A stretch of 64,000 nucleotides of DNA from assembly GCF_009914755.1 (NCBI RefSeq), contig NC_060936.1; one strand, written 5' to 3'. Positions 37,422 to 52,039 of this stretch are shown piece by piece. The notes beneath the pieces were generated by a model, which searched no databases, was not told where the DNA came from, and saw only the letters and a list, made by a program, of their open reading frames with translations. The translations under genes were made by a program, and so were the position numbers. The stretch is from the human T2T-CHM13v2.0 reference genome, Homo sapiens. How positions within the stretch are numbered: the first letter of the stretch is position 1; each line of letters begins with the position of its first letter.

Positions 37422-38849
37422 TTAGCTCTAGAGGTAGACAATAGAGCATGGCAATTGGAAGACTGAATGTGCTGAGCCACCCTGTACACAAGTCCCTATA
37501 AAAATCAGAAGATGTCATGGCAGGTGTGCCCAAGGACGTGTAGTTTTCTCCTCACGAAAAGAATGTCTTAAGCACTGTAAAGAGGTCAGTGCAGGGGTGA
37601 ACAACACCAATTTAAGCATTGACATGTGTTGGGGTTTGTGACGGCTGTGAGAGATGCAACCATGACTGGAATTCCTCACTATTCCCAGAAAGCTAGTGTG
37701 TAGAAGGAGAGGATACAGCTGAGATTTGGAATGACATGTGGTAGGGAGAAGGGGGATGTATGCACGGGTACAGGAGGTCAGTGGGGAGGGGCTTGGGTTA
37801 GAGGTGAGGCAAGGGACAAGGGAGGCTTCTTGAGAAAGGGATGTCTGCACTGCATTTTGAAGAATGAGTGGGAATTTGGAGACTGAGTGTGAGAGGCACT
37901 GCAGGCAGTGAAGAACCTGCATAACATCCTCTGCCATATGCAGGGCAGGGACACCAAGCCACTCTTCTGCAGTATTGCCAGGCAGCTGCATCCACTGATT
38001 AATGATGTATGTGCCCAGGTCCCTAGGATCAGTTGGACACAATATGGGCTTAGCTTAGGATACTGGGTTAGGGCAAGGCACCGTGGTGCGAGGCCTAGGT
38101 CACCAAGGGACAGAAGAAAGGAGACTTGGCTACTTGAAGCTGAGCATAGGACATGTCCCAAATGCATTACTTACTCCATGCAATGGAGCACACACTCCTC
38201 CACTGACTCACCAGAATTTTCTGGAGGAGCCACTGGTACCCAAATAAGAAACCAACTGACTGATATGAAGATGGTTCTGACTCGAAGGATCTTATTCTGC
38301 AGACTCCACTCATGGAGTGAAGCGGGGAGAGAACAAGTGGCTCTACCCCCCTCCCAAATCATACAGAAGCCTTAGGATCCCAGGGTCCTCATGGCAAGAG
38401 AAACGTAAGACTCAGAAAGTTGAACTGACCAGACCTGTCCCACTCCTTCTCACATCTCATCTTCCTTGCAGGTGACACAAGTTTAGAGCTGGGAAGGACC
38501 TGACATCCCTGAGACACAGGTTTATGGGACTCCAGCTCTGGCATCTATAACTCTCTCAACTTGTGAGCCTTGGATTTCAACTATTTTTGTATTGGTCTCA
38601 TCTCCTCTATGACTTTGGACACCTGCTGGTGGCAAGGCCAATGTCAGACTCACCTATCTTTCTGTTATGTTTAAAATTTACCATGTGTACTATACTTGAC
38701 TTAACTAAGTCTGAAGATAATATCTTTTTCCTTCCTCCAAATGATACAATCCATGGATCTTTGAATGCTTGAATTCTGATCACAGCCTCCCACATGATAT
38801 ACTAATGTTGCCCAGTATTAAAATACTGGGCTAAAGCTCCACCTTTGTA

Positions 38850-40630
38850 TTTAACCTGTAAATTTGCTCTTTATGTCATCATCTTCATGACTGTCATGAT
38901 TTTGTACAGTTAATACTGGTTTAGATCTACCCATATGCTTACAAATTTCTTGGCTTATTTTTCTTTCTTCCAGCTCTTTCCTCCCTTTTAGATTTATTTT
39001 GTTTTTCCTTCCTTTGTGGTTCCTTCAGTGAGGGTCTCTTAGTAGTAAACATTTTTAGTCTTTGAAAATGTCTTTATTTGGCCTTATATTTGTCTCTGCT
39101 TTCAGCAGTCTGTGATGTTTCTAGGCATACATTTCCTTGGTTTTAGTCTGTTTGAGGTTCACTGAGCAACTTTAATCTCTAAATTGATACCTTTCACCAA
39201 ACTTGGAAAGTTTTTACTATTATTTCTAGAATTGTTGTTCAGCCCCACCATGCTCTTTCTCTTCTTTTAGGACTCTCACGACACAAATGTTACACCTTTT
39301 GTTATGGTCTCAGGTCACAAGATACTTTTGGTTTTGAATCATTTTTCTCTCTGTTCAGAGTGGATAATTTTTATTGATCTGTTTTCAAGTTCACTGATTC
39401 TTTCCTTTGGCATCTCCATTTTACTATGGAGCCTACCCAAGCTTATATTTTTCAGTTCTAAAGCTTTCCACGGTTTTTCTGTATGTCTTCTATTTCTTTG
39501 CTGAGACTATTTCTGTTATTTCAAGAGTGTTCACCGTGGCTTTTTGGAACACTTTGCACAGTAACCGCTTTAAAGTTTTTATTACATAATTCCAATCTCT
39601 TTCCCCTTGACTTCAGGGCATGTTCATTTTCTTCCCATGTGAGTTGAAATGTTCCTGGTCCTTTGCATGCTGAGTGATTATGGATTGAATCATAGACATT
39701 ATGAATATGATATTATGTGACTGTGGGTCTTCCAAGAGTGTCCTGGTAATTTTAGCAGGCAATTGACCTATTTACCTTCAGGCTGCCAATCCTGTCAGCC
39801 GTCCGCGGGTTGTGATTCCAATGCCAGTTCTTGGTTCGAAGCCTCTGCTATTGTGCATTTGGGCCACCAGCCAGCCTGGGACCTGGATAGTAGTCCATCC
39901 TGTAGTTCAGTTCTCATTGTCTATGACGTGCTGGTCAGGGTCAGACCTGGGTATGTAATGAGCTCGGGAGTTCATAAACACCTTTATAGGATCACTTTCC
40001 TCCTCTCTGCAACCTCCCTGGTACTTTACAGTTCCCTGGGGCTCCCCTTCTTCAGTGGCCAGAAAGCTGGGGCTTTTGTTGCTCCACAGTGCCAGGCACT
40101 TCTGTGACTGTCCCCACATCTGGTGCTAAGTGGCAAGCGGCAGAGAAGAAATAAAGCAATGGGAATTTTCCTCATCCTCTTGGGCCCACAGTGACTGCAA
40201 ATGGAGAGGAAGGCTTCCCTCCCTCAGTTTTGTTTTCTGCAGGTTCCCATGGGGCCTGCTTGGAGGCTGAGGCTTGAGAGACCGAGAGAAAAAGAAACGA
40301 GGGATTTCTTCACTTCCTTTGAGCATTGTGAAGTGTTTCTGGCTCCTTGGGTGTTACCTAGAGGGATTCTCTCAGAGCTCTCTCTGTATCCCGGTGTATA
40401 CACCTCCGTTTCTGGTTGTGTGGCTTGCAGGCTGTGGATCCCAGGAGATATTACAACCCATGCCCTGGGGGGTTATTGGGACCAGTGATGCCCTCCAACC
40501 CCTAGTAGGTGGAGTGTCAGCAAACTTTTTGTTTTTGGTCCCTAGAGATTTCTCTTACTCTCCTGCAAGCTCAGCTATGCATATATATAATATTTTATCT
40601 AGTATATCAAGGTGTTTAGAGTAAGAAGGT
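38850..40630 (-). mobile_element. Ancient L1M fragments
   Basis: T-rich antisense L1 motifs (ttgaaaatgtctttattt, gaggttcactgagc, tggataatttttattgatctgttttcaagttcactgattc); boundaries approximate. Confidence 0.6.
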
Positions 40631-41369
40631 TGTTATCTTCCATATTGCTGAATTTGGAAGTCAGGAGCTATAGTCCAAGTGAGAAGTACTAAGTGGCCAT
40701 CACCTACACAGAGGCCACCTGGGGAAATGGTAAGAGCTGCACCACAGGGCCCCTCAGATGTGGGTGCTGGGTGCTGCTTTGCCATTCACCCAGTCATGTG
40801 GAGGGAGGCAGGGCACTGAGGCAAAGCTTACTGGTCTCATCATCTGTGAAACTTTCTTCTACTATTTTGGTTCACATGCCCTCTTTTCTCTTCTGTCTGT
40901 TCCATTTTTGGAATTTACTTGGATTTATTCTCTATGTTTCTTAATTTCTCTTCCATATTTCCCATTTCTTTGTCTACTTTGGAAGAATTTCTGGGCTGAT
41001 TCACTTTTAACGAATTCACCCTTTAGTTGTGGTTATTCTGCTATTCAACCCACCTATTGAATTTTCATTTAACTTTTTGTTTTTCTAATGCAGAAGGTAC
41101 TCTATATTTTTCTCTTCTGGATGATGTTGTGGTATCTTGATAGTTATTTCATTATTCTGTGGCGATATTGCCTGACCAGTGCCTGTATTGATTTATTTAT
41201 TGATTTATATATAACTTCAAATTTTGAATTTCTAAGCACTTTAGGAACTGAACTCAATATCTTTTAAGAAAAAGTTTCTGGGGATTCAATAGTACTTTCT
41301 CTAAAGTTTTGTTCAGATTTTATTGTTAACTCCATCCTTGGATGGTGGGTTTTCTTTTGGTTTTGCTTG

Positions 41370-41646
41370 CTTGAAACAGGGTCTGGATCTGTCACCCAGG
41401 CTGGACTGCAGTGGCAGGATCATGACTCACGGCGGCCTTAACCTCCCAGGCTCGTGATCCTCCCACCTCAGCCTCCCAGCTGGTACTACAGGCACATGTC
41501 ACCATGCCTGGCTAATTTTGCATTTTTTTGTAGAGATGGGGATCACCATGTTGCACAGTCTGGTCTTGAACTCCTGGGCTCAAGCAATACTGTGCCTCTG
41601 CCTCCAAAAGTGCTGGGATAATAGGTGTGAGCCACTGTGCCCGGCT
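41370..41646 (-). mobile_element. AluJ
   Basis: gaaacagggtctggatctgtcacccaggctgg...gagccactgtgcccggc. Confidence 0.9.
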
Positions 41647-42417
41647 GGATGCTGGGTGTTGTGTTTCTTGAACGTTTCCTTTCATCTGTAGTGCTGGTTT
41701 TCCTAAATGTATATCGATCCTTGGTAGTGACTTCTGGCATTTTTATACTAGAATTTCTTGGCTGGCCCTGTGTGAAAGCAACACCCGTGACTGCAGATGA
41801 ATCTTTAGGATTCACAGTCAAATGGGTGAACATCCACCAGATCCACGATGAGGATATGCAGCTGATATGGGATGGTGAGTCTGGGCCTTGCACCTGGGTT
41901 CTGGGTGACACTAGGGGGTGGGGTGAGAGAGAATGGGGGATGAAGACATTTCTTAAGAACATGGTTCATCATTTTATTTTTACCATTATCAATGTCATAT
42001 AGAAAAGTGGAAAATGGAGAAAAGTATTTGGAACGAATAAATTATACATTGTCCCACTAGTGAGATAAAAAGACTGCTAATATTTTGGGGATCTCTCCTT
42101 CCAGTCCATGAACATTTATAATGTGCTATAGGTGCTTACAGTGAAATGGTGTTCAAGACAGACACATCCCTGCTCTTCATAAACTTGCAGTTTTTTTTTA
42201 TTGCACTGAACTCTTCTAACATTAATTTATATTTACAGAAGAAAATGCACAAATACAGTGTCTTTACAAAAGAGTAGAAATGTGACCAACAAGGGTAAAG
42301 TTGCACTCACCCCACTCCACCTCGCTCCTCTGCCCTCCTCCCCTGCCTGTTTGCTGTAGAGTCCTGTGTTCTTTGTCTTTATATACATTCTATAAATACA
42401 CATATACACATATAATT

Positions 42418-45175
42418 TTTATTTATTAGTAGTATTTCAATAGTTTTGGGGGAACAGGCTGTTTGCTTAGATGGATACATTCTTTAGTGGTGATTTCTGA
42501 GATTTTGGTGCACTCATCACCCAAGCAGTGTACACTGCATTGAATGTATAGTCTTTTATCCCTCACCACCCTCCCACCCCTTCCCAAGTCTCCAGAGTTC
42601 AGTGTATCTTTCTTATGCCTTTGCATCCTCATAGCTTAGCTCCCACTTATAAGTGAGAACATATGGTGTTTGGTTTTCCATTCCTGAGTTACTTCACTTA
42701 GAATAATGGTCTCCAACTGCATCCAGGTTGCTGCAAATGCCATTATTTTGTTACTTTTTTATGGCTGAGTAGTATTTTATGTTGTGTGTGTGTATATATA
42801 TATATACACCACAATTCCTTTACTCACTCGTTGGTTGATGGACATTTAGGCTGGTTCCATATTTTTGCAATTGTGAATTGTGCTGCTATAAACACATGTG
42901 TGCAAGTGTCTTTTTCATATAATGACTTCTTTTGGGAAGGCAGATACCCAGTAGTGGGATTGCTGGGTCAAACGGTAATTCTACTTTTAGTTCTTTAAGG
43001 AACCTCCGTAAGGTTTTCCATCATGGTTGTACTAGTTTACATTTCCACCGGCAGTGTAAAAGTGTTTCCTTTCCACCACATCCACACCAACATCTATTGT
43101 TTTTTGATTTTTAAATTTTGGACATTCTTGAAGAAGGAAGGTGGTATCTGTGGTTTTGATTTGCATTTCCCTGATAGTGATATTGAGCATTTTCTCACAT
43201 GTTTGATGGCCATTTGTACATCTTCTTTTGAGAATTGTCTATTCATGTCCTTAGCCCTCTTTTTGATGGAATTGTTTTTTTCTTGCTGGTTTGAGTTCCT
43301 GGTAGATTCTACATATTAGTCCTTTGTTGGATGCATAGTTTGCAAATATTTTCTTCCACTCTGTGGGTTGTTTACTCTGCTGATTATTTCTTTTTCTGTG
43401 CAGAAGGTTTTTTAGTTTAATTAAGTCTCATCTATTTATATTTGTTTTTGTTGTATTTGCTTTTAAGTTTTTGGTGATGAACCCTTTGCCTAGGCCAATG
43501 TCTGGAAGAATTCTTCTGTTAGCTTCCAGAATTTTTATGGTTTCAGGTCTTAGATATAAGTCTTTGATCCATCTTGAGTTGATTTTTGTGTAAGGTGAGA
43601 GATGAGGATCCAGTTTCATTCTTCTACATGCGGCTTGCCAATTATCTCAGCACCATTTATTGGTTAGGGTGTCCTTTCCCCACTTTATGTTGTTGTTTAC
43701 TTTGTTGAAGATCAGTTGGCTGTATTTGGCTTTATTTCTGGGTTTTATTCTGTTCCATTGGTCTATGCACCTGTTTTTATACTAGTATCATGCTTTTTTG
43801 GTAACTATAGCCTTATAGTATAGTTTGATGTTGGGTAATGTGATATTTCCAGATTTGTTGTTTTTGTTTAGTCTTGCTTTGACTATGCAGGCTCTTTTTT
43901 TGTTCCATATGAACTTTAGGATTGTTTTCTCTAGTTCTGTGAAGAATGATGCTGGTATTTGGATGGAGAAAATAATTTGGATGGAGCATTGAATTTATAG
44001 ATTGCTTTTGGAAGTATGGTCATTTTCACAATATTTATTCTACCTATGCATGAGCATGGGATGCGTTTCCATTTGTTTGTGTCATCTATGATTTTTTTCA
44101 GGGGTGTTTTGTAGTTTGCATTGCAGAGATCTTTCACCTCTTTGATTAGGTATATTCCTAAGTTTTTTTTTTAAGCTGTTGTAAAAGGGGTTGAGTTCTT
44201 GATTTGATTCTCAGCTTAGTCACTGTTGGTGTATAGCAGTGCTACTGATTTGTGTACATTGATCTTGTATTCTGAAACTTCACTGAATTCATTTATCAGA
44301 TAAAGGAGCTTTTTGGATGAGTCTTTAGGGTTTTCTAGGTATACGATCATATCATCAACAAACAGCAACAGTTTGACTTCCTCTTTACCAATTGGGATGC
44401 CCTTTATTTCATTCTCTTGTCTCATTGCTCTGGCTAGGACTTCCAGTACTAAGCTGAATAGAAGTGGTAAAAGTGGGCATCCTTATATTGCTCCAGTTCT
44501 CAAAGGAAATGCTTTCCACTTTTCCCTGTTCAGTATAATGTTGGCTATGGGTCTGTCATAGATGGCTTCTATTACCTTAAGATTTGTCCCTTCCATGCTA
44601 ATTTTGCTGAGGGTCTTAATAATAAAGAAATGCTGGATTTGTATCAAATGCTTTTTCTGTGTCTATTGAGATGATCACATGATTTTTGCTTTTACTTCTG
44701 TTTATGTGGTGTATCACATTTATTAACTCATATATTTTTCAGGGGTTGGGGACAGAGTCTTGCTCTGTCACCCAGTCTGGAGTATAATGGCATGATCTTG
44801 GCTCATTGCAACCTCCACCTCCCGGGTTCAAAGGATATTCATACCTCAGCCTCACAAGTAGCAGGGATTTCAGGTGTGTGTCACCATGCCCAACTAATTT
44901 ATTTGTATTTTTTAGTAGAGTCAGGGTTTTGCCATGTTGGCCAGGCTGGTCTCAAACTCCTGGCCTTAAGTGATCCAACCACCATGGCTTCCCAATGTGC
45001 TAGATTACAGGTGTAAGCCACTGTGCCCGGCCTGACTTGTGTATGTTAAACCAACCCTGAATCCCTGGTATGGAGCCCACTTGATCACGGTGTATTATCT
45101 TTTTGATACGCTGTTGAATTTGGTTAGCTAGTATTTTGTTGAGGATTTTTGCATTGATGTTCATAAGGGATATTT
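42418..45175 (-). mobile_element. L1PB 3' portion (ORF2 RT/C-terminal remnant plus 3'UTR), interrupted by an Alu
   Basis: Minus ORFs [27 protein letters not shown] (RT FADD-like), [18 protein letters not shown] and KLDPHLSPYTKINSRWIKDL. Confidence 0.93.
44750..45033 (-). mobile_element. AluJ/S inside L1PB
   Basis: gacagagtcttgctctgtcaccc...aagccactgtgcccggcc. Confidence 0.9.
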
Positions 45176-45363
45176 ATAAATATGTGTATGAAAAGTTTCA
45201 GACACTTGTTTGTTTCCCACTGAAATGTTGGTTCCAACAGATCTACTGCATTCCCAGTAGTGTTCCGTGGTATTGATATTCTAGAGTTTAGAAATCATTT
45301 CCCATGTAGATGAACACTGAAGTTGTTCCCAGGATGTTACTATTCAAGCAATACTAGCATGAA

Positions 45364-45535
45364 CTTTTTTTTATTGTTATATTAAATTCTGGGGCGCATG
45401 TGCAGGATGTGTAAGTTTGTTAAATAGGTAAATGTGTGCCATGGTGGTTTGCTGCACCTATCAACCCATCATCTAGGTATTAAGCCCAGCATGCATTAGT
45501 TATTTTTCCTGATGCTGTTCCTCCCACTGTCCCCA
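45364..45535 (-). mobile_element. L1PA 3' end fragment
   Basis: catgtgcaggatgtgtaagtttgtta..ataggtaaatgtgtgccatggtggtttgctgcacc. Confidence 0.85.
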
Positions 45536-45759
45536 GAACGTTTTTAAATATGCCTCCTTATACACAATTGTGAAGGGTTCTCCGGGCTAGGTACCAAAAA
45601 GTAGACTTTTATCATGCATTCTAAACTTAACAGAGTGTGAAGTAAAACCACATTATAACCTTCTGTCCTGTCTTGACACTCATTCCAATCACTGTCCTTC
45701 CCAATTACAGGCTTTTGATGGCCATTATTTTAGTTCTATCTAGCCCAGAAATTAGAGGC

Positions 45760-46122
45760 TGTATTAGTTCGTTCTCACACGGCTATGAAGAGACTGGGTA
45801 ATTTATTCAGGAAAGAGGTTTAATTGACTCACAGTTCTGCATGGCTGGGGAGGCAGGAAACTTACAATCATGATGGAAGGTGAAGAGGAAGCAAGGCGCC
45901 TTCTTCGCAAGGCAGCAGGTGGAAGAATTGCTAGCAAGAGCAGGGAAATCTCCCTTATAAAACCTTGAGACCTCGTGAGAACTCACTATCATGAGGACGG
46001 CATGGAGGAAACCACCCCCATGATCCAATTACCTCCACCTGATCTCTCCCTTGACACCTGGCATTAGGGGGATTACAATTCAAGATGAGATTTTGGGTGG
46101 GGACACAGCCAAACCATTATCA
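45760..46122. mobile_element. THE1 (THE1D-like) solo LTR
   Basis: tgtattagttcgttctcacac...gaaagaggtttaattgactcacagttctgcatggctgggg...ttatca; 5-bp TSD GAGGC (45755-45759, 46123-46127). Confidence 0.9.
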
Positions 46123-46494
46123 GAGGCTATGACTGCCATCATTTTATACAAACTGTTTAGATTTACATACATTCTTACATTTCTTTTGCATGTCTGACCT
46201 TCCTTTGAGGCCCATCCACTTCTCTTCATTGCAGAGTCAGCTTTTAAAAGTTTCTTTAGTGCTCTTAAGTGAGCTCCCTTAGTTTTTGTTTGAAATGTTA
46301 TTTACTGTCATTCTTGAAAGACCACTGTACTGATGACTCAATTCTAGAGTGACAATTGTTTTCCCTTGGCACTTTGAAGATATTATATAGTATAGTTTTC
46401 TGGCTTTCTTTGTCGGTGTGAAGAAGCCTGGGGTCATTCTAATTTTTGTTCCTTTGTAGGTGATCTTTTTTCTCTAGGTGGTTTAAGATTTTCC

Positions 46495-46865
46495 TTTTTT
46501 TTCGTTTATTTATTCACTTTTATTTTAAGTTCATTGGTACATGTGTAAGCTTGTTATCTAGGTGAACATGTGTCATGGGGGTTGGTTGTACAGATTATTT
46601 CATCACCCAGGTACTAAGCCTACTACTCAATAGTTATTCTTCCTGGTCCTCTTTCTCCTTCCACCCTCCACCACTTGATAGGCCCCAGTGTGTGTTGTTC
46701 CCCTCTATGTGTCCATGTGTTCTCATTATTTAGCTCCCACTTATAAGTGAGATCAAGCAGTATTTGGTTTTCTGTTCCTGTGTTAGTTTGCTAAATATAA
46801 TCGACACTAGTTCCATCCATGTCCCTGAAAAATACATGATCTTGTTTTTTTATTTTATGGCTGCA
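46495..46865 (-). mobile_element. Older L1PA 3' end fragment
   Basis: gtcatgggggttggttgtacagattatttcatcacccaggtactaagc...ttagctcccacttataagtgaga. Confidence 0.85.
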
Positions 46866-47850
46866 AAGATTTTCAGTTGTGTTTTCAGTGTTCTACAGAA
46901 GTATAGAGAATGGTATCACAAACTCCCATGTGCCCATTCCCCAGCCACAGCAACTCACGCCACCCGTGTTTTTCTGTCTCCTTACTTACACTGTCTCCCT
47001 GCCAGGATTATTGTGAATCAGATCCCAGACTTCTTATTGTTTCATCTATAACTATTTTGGTGCATATTTCTAAAATCATATTATTTTAAAATTGAAACAT
47101 TTTTAAAAATTGTAGTGGGCAAATTATAGAGTAAAGTGCAAGCTAGGCACAAATTTCTAAGATAAAAGAGATCCCAAGATTGTGTAGAATAGAGAGGCCC
47201 TGAGCAATTCATCCAGACACCAGAGATTGCCAGCTCACTCTCATTTACCCATCCTGACATCCAACCCTACCCATTACAGAGGCTAAGCCATTTGTCCAAG
47301 GTCACATAGAGAATGACTGGGAGAATCAGTAGAATTCCAATTCAGGGCTCTTCCCACAGCCCGTGTTCCCTACATTGTTCTTGAATCTTCCCAAAGTCCT
47401 GAGAAAGAAAAGAGGTAGGGAGTGGGAGTTGTGGCTACGGAGAAAGAGGAGTTGATATTTCCAATGTATATCAGAAGCAAACTTGAACTCACCTTTCACA
47501 GCCTTCCTTAGCACCAACAGCCAAACACAAATACCTGTGTTTTATACAGAATGCACTTCTGCCAACTCCCACCCTTGCTGTTTACACAAATTTGTTTCTT
47601 AATTATTGAAAACCTCCTGTGTGCCAGGTGATTCTCTAAGCCCTGGGGATGCTGCACTGAATTAAGCTGATGTCCCTGGCTTCATGCAACTTACATTCTA
47701 GCCAAGGAGAGGAAGCAAGCCCTCAACAAGGGCATACATGTCAGGGAAGCACCATGGAGAAAATAAAGCAAGGGGAGGGGCTGAGCAGTGTATGAGGGTG
47801 AGGTGACAGAAATGTCCTCTCCAATAAGGAGGCACTTCACCAGAGACCCC

Positions 47851-48410
47851 TGTTAAACTAAAGGACGCAAGAAGGTCAGAATTTACCTTAAATAGAGTTG
47901 ATTTAGGCACAAACGTTGAGGACAGGCCTGTGTGGGAAGCCCAGATTCCACAGAATGGAAGTCTGTATTCCAAAGTGAAGTTTGGGATCCTTTATACAGA
48001 GGAAGCTTGGGAAAGCCTAGCAGAATTTCAACATCTTTCTGTGTAAGGTTTAATGCATCATTTAAATGATCTAATTAGTCCAGGTGGTCTTTTTCTTTGT
48101 GGAAAGGTAGATTTAACACTCCTCACTGAAGATTTAACAGTCTTGGCATCTCGGGTGTCATCTGGTCTTAGCAAGGTACACGACAATAAAGGAGTCAGTT
48201 AACCTATAACAAAGATCTGGGTTCGGTAGTGGGCAAGGCCTGGTCTCTGGTCTCTCCTACTCATTCACAGAAGAGGAACAATGGGGAAGAGAGTTCTCCT
48301 TTAATCTGAGAAGCAGAATTGGAAACCGGTGGTGCGACTCAGTCTTGGGTCTTAATATCCTTCTGGGTGTAATAAACTTGGAGGGTGCTGAAACAGTATT
48401 TTCTTTGACA
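47851..48410 (-). mobile_element. ERV1 (MER4-group-like) solo LTR inserted into an L2
   Basis: TG...CA bounded (tgttaaact...tttctttgaca); L2-like sequence on both sides (~47590-47850 and ~48411-48630). Subfamily not resolved. Confidence 0.55.
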
Positions 48411-49169
48411 CCTTGAAGGAAGGGAGAAAGGGAGCTCTATGGCTCTCTAAGGGAAGAGTCCTTGGCATGTTCAAGGATCAAGAAGCCAGTATGATGATCA
48501 TGGAGGGAGCAGAAGGAAGAGCAGGAGATGAGATGAGAGAAGAGTAGTGGGGCCAGAATCCTCTTGGGTCTTCTAGGCACAGTCAAGATTGAGGGTTTTA
48601 CTTTGAGTGGGATGGGAGCTCACTGAAGCACAGTTTTTAACTTCTCTAAGAAGGAAGAGAGGGGTGAACAGTGCTTGTGATAGGGTGTGAGGATAGTCAG
48701 TCCATTCTAGGACCAAGCAGAAATAGGTTATAAATTACTTGTTCCTGTTTTCCATGTAACAATTTCCTTCCTTTGATGTGGAGACAAAACAGAAAGAATG
48801 TTTGCTTTGGTAGATCATCTTCAGCATCCCTCTGTGCTTAAGGAGGCGTATGCACATTGGAATGTCCTGACATGAGTGTCCAGGGTGCTGTTGTTGCCTT
48901 TTTTGTTGCAAACTCTTGTCCTTGAGGTGTTTGCCTTCTGATTTGAACCTAATCAGGGTATTGAATACTGTGGCTGCTAAGAGATCATATTTTGCATAAG
49001 CTGCTTTTGAGAGAACGGTGAATGATTGACTCCTCAGAGAAAATGCCTAGCAGACCTCTGCAGATGGAGAATTCCTTATTTCCCGTATGTGTCATTCCCA
49101 GTTCTTTGTCTAGAGAGTCAAGTATTGAACTAAACGATATTTCAGGGTCCTCTCTCTCCTCCTAGTCAG

Positions 49170-49390
49170 TGGTGAAATGGAAAAGCAGGGGCTCCAGAAC
49201 CAGCCAGATCAGTTTCCATACCAGCTCTATGAGTCAGGACCCTGCAGACTTGGGCACGTGACTTCATCTCTAGGCCTTTCTTCATCTGTGTCATGAGAGT
49301 AACAGCGCTGATCTTGAACATCGTTGTCATTATTGAATAAAAATGCACATAATGTGCTGAGCTTTGCTGGGCACATAGATGTCCCACAAG
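49170..49390 (+). mobile_element. MIR
   Basis: ttgggcacgtgacttcatctctaggcctttcttcatctgt...ctgggcacatag. Confidence 0.6.
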
Positions 49391-50039
49391 ACAATTTCAT
49401 TGCCTTGATTCGGGTGTCTAGGTGCGGGCGGGGGATGATATGGAGGGTGGCAGGTAGGGAGCGTCCTTATAGCTGTAGTCAGGGAAAACTGAAATAGTCA
49501 GTTGCTTCTCCGAGAGCAGCCGTGCCACCTCTGAAGCACGAGTAACTGGCAGGGCTGTCTGTCCCCTTTGGGCTGCAACCTGGCTTCAATTCTGACCCTG
49601 ACATTGTGTGCTTCTGAAGCCTTCTCCTCTTGTTTTGACACCTGAAGTCCCCCTGTATATCCTAGACTTCTCAGTCTACCAGAGCATTCACCTTACTTTC
49701 TTCATCCCACCCTGCCTTTGATGATGCCTAAGTCCCCGAGACAGGAGGAAGTCTTCCCCAGAAAGGTACTATAGCAGCACTTATACCCATGTTTAATGTC
49801 CCAGAAACCTTGTGTTCAAGTAATGCTTTCTCAAGGGTCTTATGTCTTTTCTGTTAGAGCTTCAGCCCCGTTCTTGTGTTCTGTTCTAAGTGAATGAAAC
49901 GAACATTATGCTGTAGACATTGATGGGTTTGAAGGCCTAAAATGAACAAGTTTTGTTGAACAAAGATTCTTTCTCGTCTTTATCCTTTTCATGCTAAGGA
50001 ATTTCCTGTCTCCATTTCTTTTGTTCCCACCCTACTCTA

Positions 50040-50672
50040 CACCCTCATGATTCCCTAACGGGACCACTTTAACAGCCTCCCAACACCCTCTTCCTCTTCT
50101 CTATACGATTCTGCTCTTAGCAGCCAGATTCTCTTTAGAACATGCATGCTGGAACATGCCACTCCTTGCTTTAAACCCCTCAGCAGCTCCCTACTGCTCT
50201 TAGGGTCTCAGTCTGCTCCCATATTCTCACTCACCCGACTCAGAATGTCCTGACCTCTGAGGCCTCTCACCCTTAGCCTACACCACTTCCTGCCCCTCTG
50301 GGAACTGCAGTCACACTGGTACTTTCTATGACACAAAGAGACCCCCCACACACACCACGTGGAAGTCTTCTGCCCTTGCCCTGTGTGTTCGTAGGCTGGC
50401 TTTCAACTTCGGGTCTGAGCTGGAGCATCACCTTCTCAGAGAAACATCCCCTGATGGGCCTAAGGGCTCCTCCCCCGTCATTTGGTCTCAGAACTCCCCT
50501 CAGCTTCCTCCCTTTTACTTAATTTGCATTTAACTGCTGATTTGTCTTTCCCCCACCAGAATGCTAACTTCTCAAGGGTGGGAATCTGTTTTTCTTGTCC
50601 TCCCCTGGATCCCCAGCCCCTAGCAGTGCCTGGTAATAGTAAGTCCTCAATATATAGTTGCTGAATGAATTT
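50040..50672 (+). mobile_element. L2 3' fragment
   Basis: aacagcctccc...catgccactccttgctttaaacccctcagcagctccc...ccccagcccctagcagtgcctgg...tcaatatatagttgctgaatgaat (L2 terminus). Confidence 0.8.
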
Positions 50673-50757
50673 ATGATTACTTTTTATAACACTGAAAGAT
50701 TGCAAAGAATCTAATTATTCAGAAATAGGGTATTCACCAAAAAAATTATGATAGAAT

Positions 50758-50900
50758 TAGTCAGATGTGGTGGCTCACACCTATAGTCCCAATGACTCAG
50801 GAGGCTGAGGTAGGAGGATCACCTGAGCCCAGAAGGTTGAGGCTGCAGTGAGATATGATCACGCCATTATACTTTAGCCTGGGTGACTGGTTGAGGCCCT
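50758..50900 (+). mobile_element. Alu monomer (FRAM-like)
   Basis: gtggtggctcacacctatagtccc...gaggctgcagtgag...agcctgggtgac. Confidence 0.8.
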
Positions 50901-52039
50901 GTTTTTTTTTTTTTAAAAAAGTTATGGTAGAATCATGTGATTGCCTGTTATGCTGTATAGAGGAATATATTATGGAATGAAAAAAATTACTAGTCCTATT
51001 TTGTGAAAAAAAAATCTATCAACATTCGGTTGTTTTTTGTTGTTGTTTGTTTGTTTGTTTTTTTGGTTGCTGTTTTAAAAAAAGACTGCAAGGACAGCTA
51101 CCAAATATTAGCAGTGTTATCTCTGGGGTGAGTGATTTTTCTTCTTTTCCTTAAAAAAAATTGTGTATTAAGTATTTCCTACAGTGAAACAAGTATTGCT
51201 TTTATAGTGGAAACATGATTCTAAGCAGAGCTGTGCAATGCTGACCTGGCATGGGGTGGGAAGAAGGGGGTTAGGGAGGCGGTGCTTAGGGTCCAGAGTC
51301 TGAGTTGGCCTCATTCTGGTTTCAGCTCTGGAAGGAGTGAAGAATGAGTCACTGGAGCCCATCCAGTCCCTCATGGATGACATACTGAGGGCTCAGGAAG
51401 ATGCCCCCTTGCAACCTGCCTCAGCTTCCAGGCTGAGTCACCTAAGCAGCTTCTTTCAGAAAGCCTTTCACAGGCACACTCAGGAAGAAGTACATCTTCA
51501 ATTGAACAAGAAATAATATGAATAAAAAATGTAAAGAATAAAAAATGCACTGCCACACTGGTGGGGCAGGAGGGTGAAAGTCGTGCCCCTCACAATAGGT
51601 AATGTCTATAAAAGGACAACCGAGGCCATCACCAAGTCCACCTACAGAAGGCGGGTCTGTCTCAACCCCAGCTGTCAGTCACTGTGAACCTTTAGAACTG
51701 GGGCTGAAGCTTCTTCCAGTTGCTTGCTCAGATGTCAGTGAGACCGCTCCACAACAGATAAGGGGAGCTGTGTGTCAGGAAAGTCCCAGCCACCAGGACA
51801 AGCTGCACTCCAGGCAGACGTTTCTGTTCTTGTGCAAAGAACAGCGCAATCCATTCAAGTTCACAGGGGCAGGTGGCACTTGAAAATCTCAGGGTCAACT
51901 TGCAGGGCAGAAGTTAGCAGGGAAGTCTTCCTGGGGGAGTGGGAGAGCCCAGCAGAGTTTAGGAGGAGGGAAGGGCGATATCGGGGCAATCCTCTGAGTC
52001 TCTCTTTCCTCTTCAGGAACTGTTCAGGAAGACCCTGCA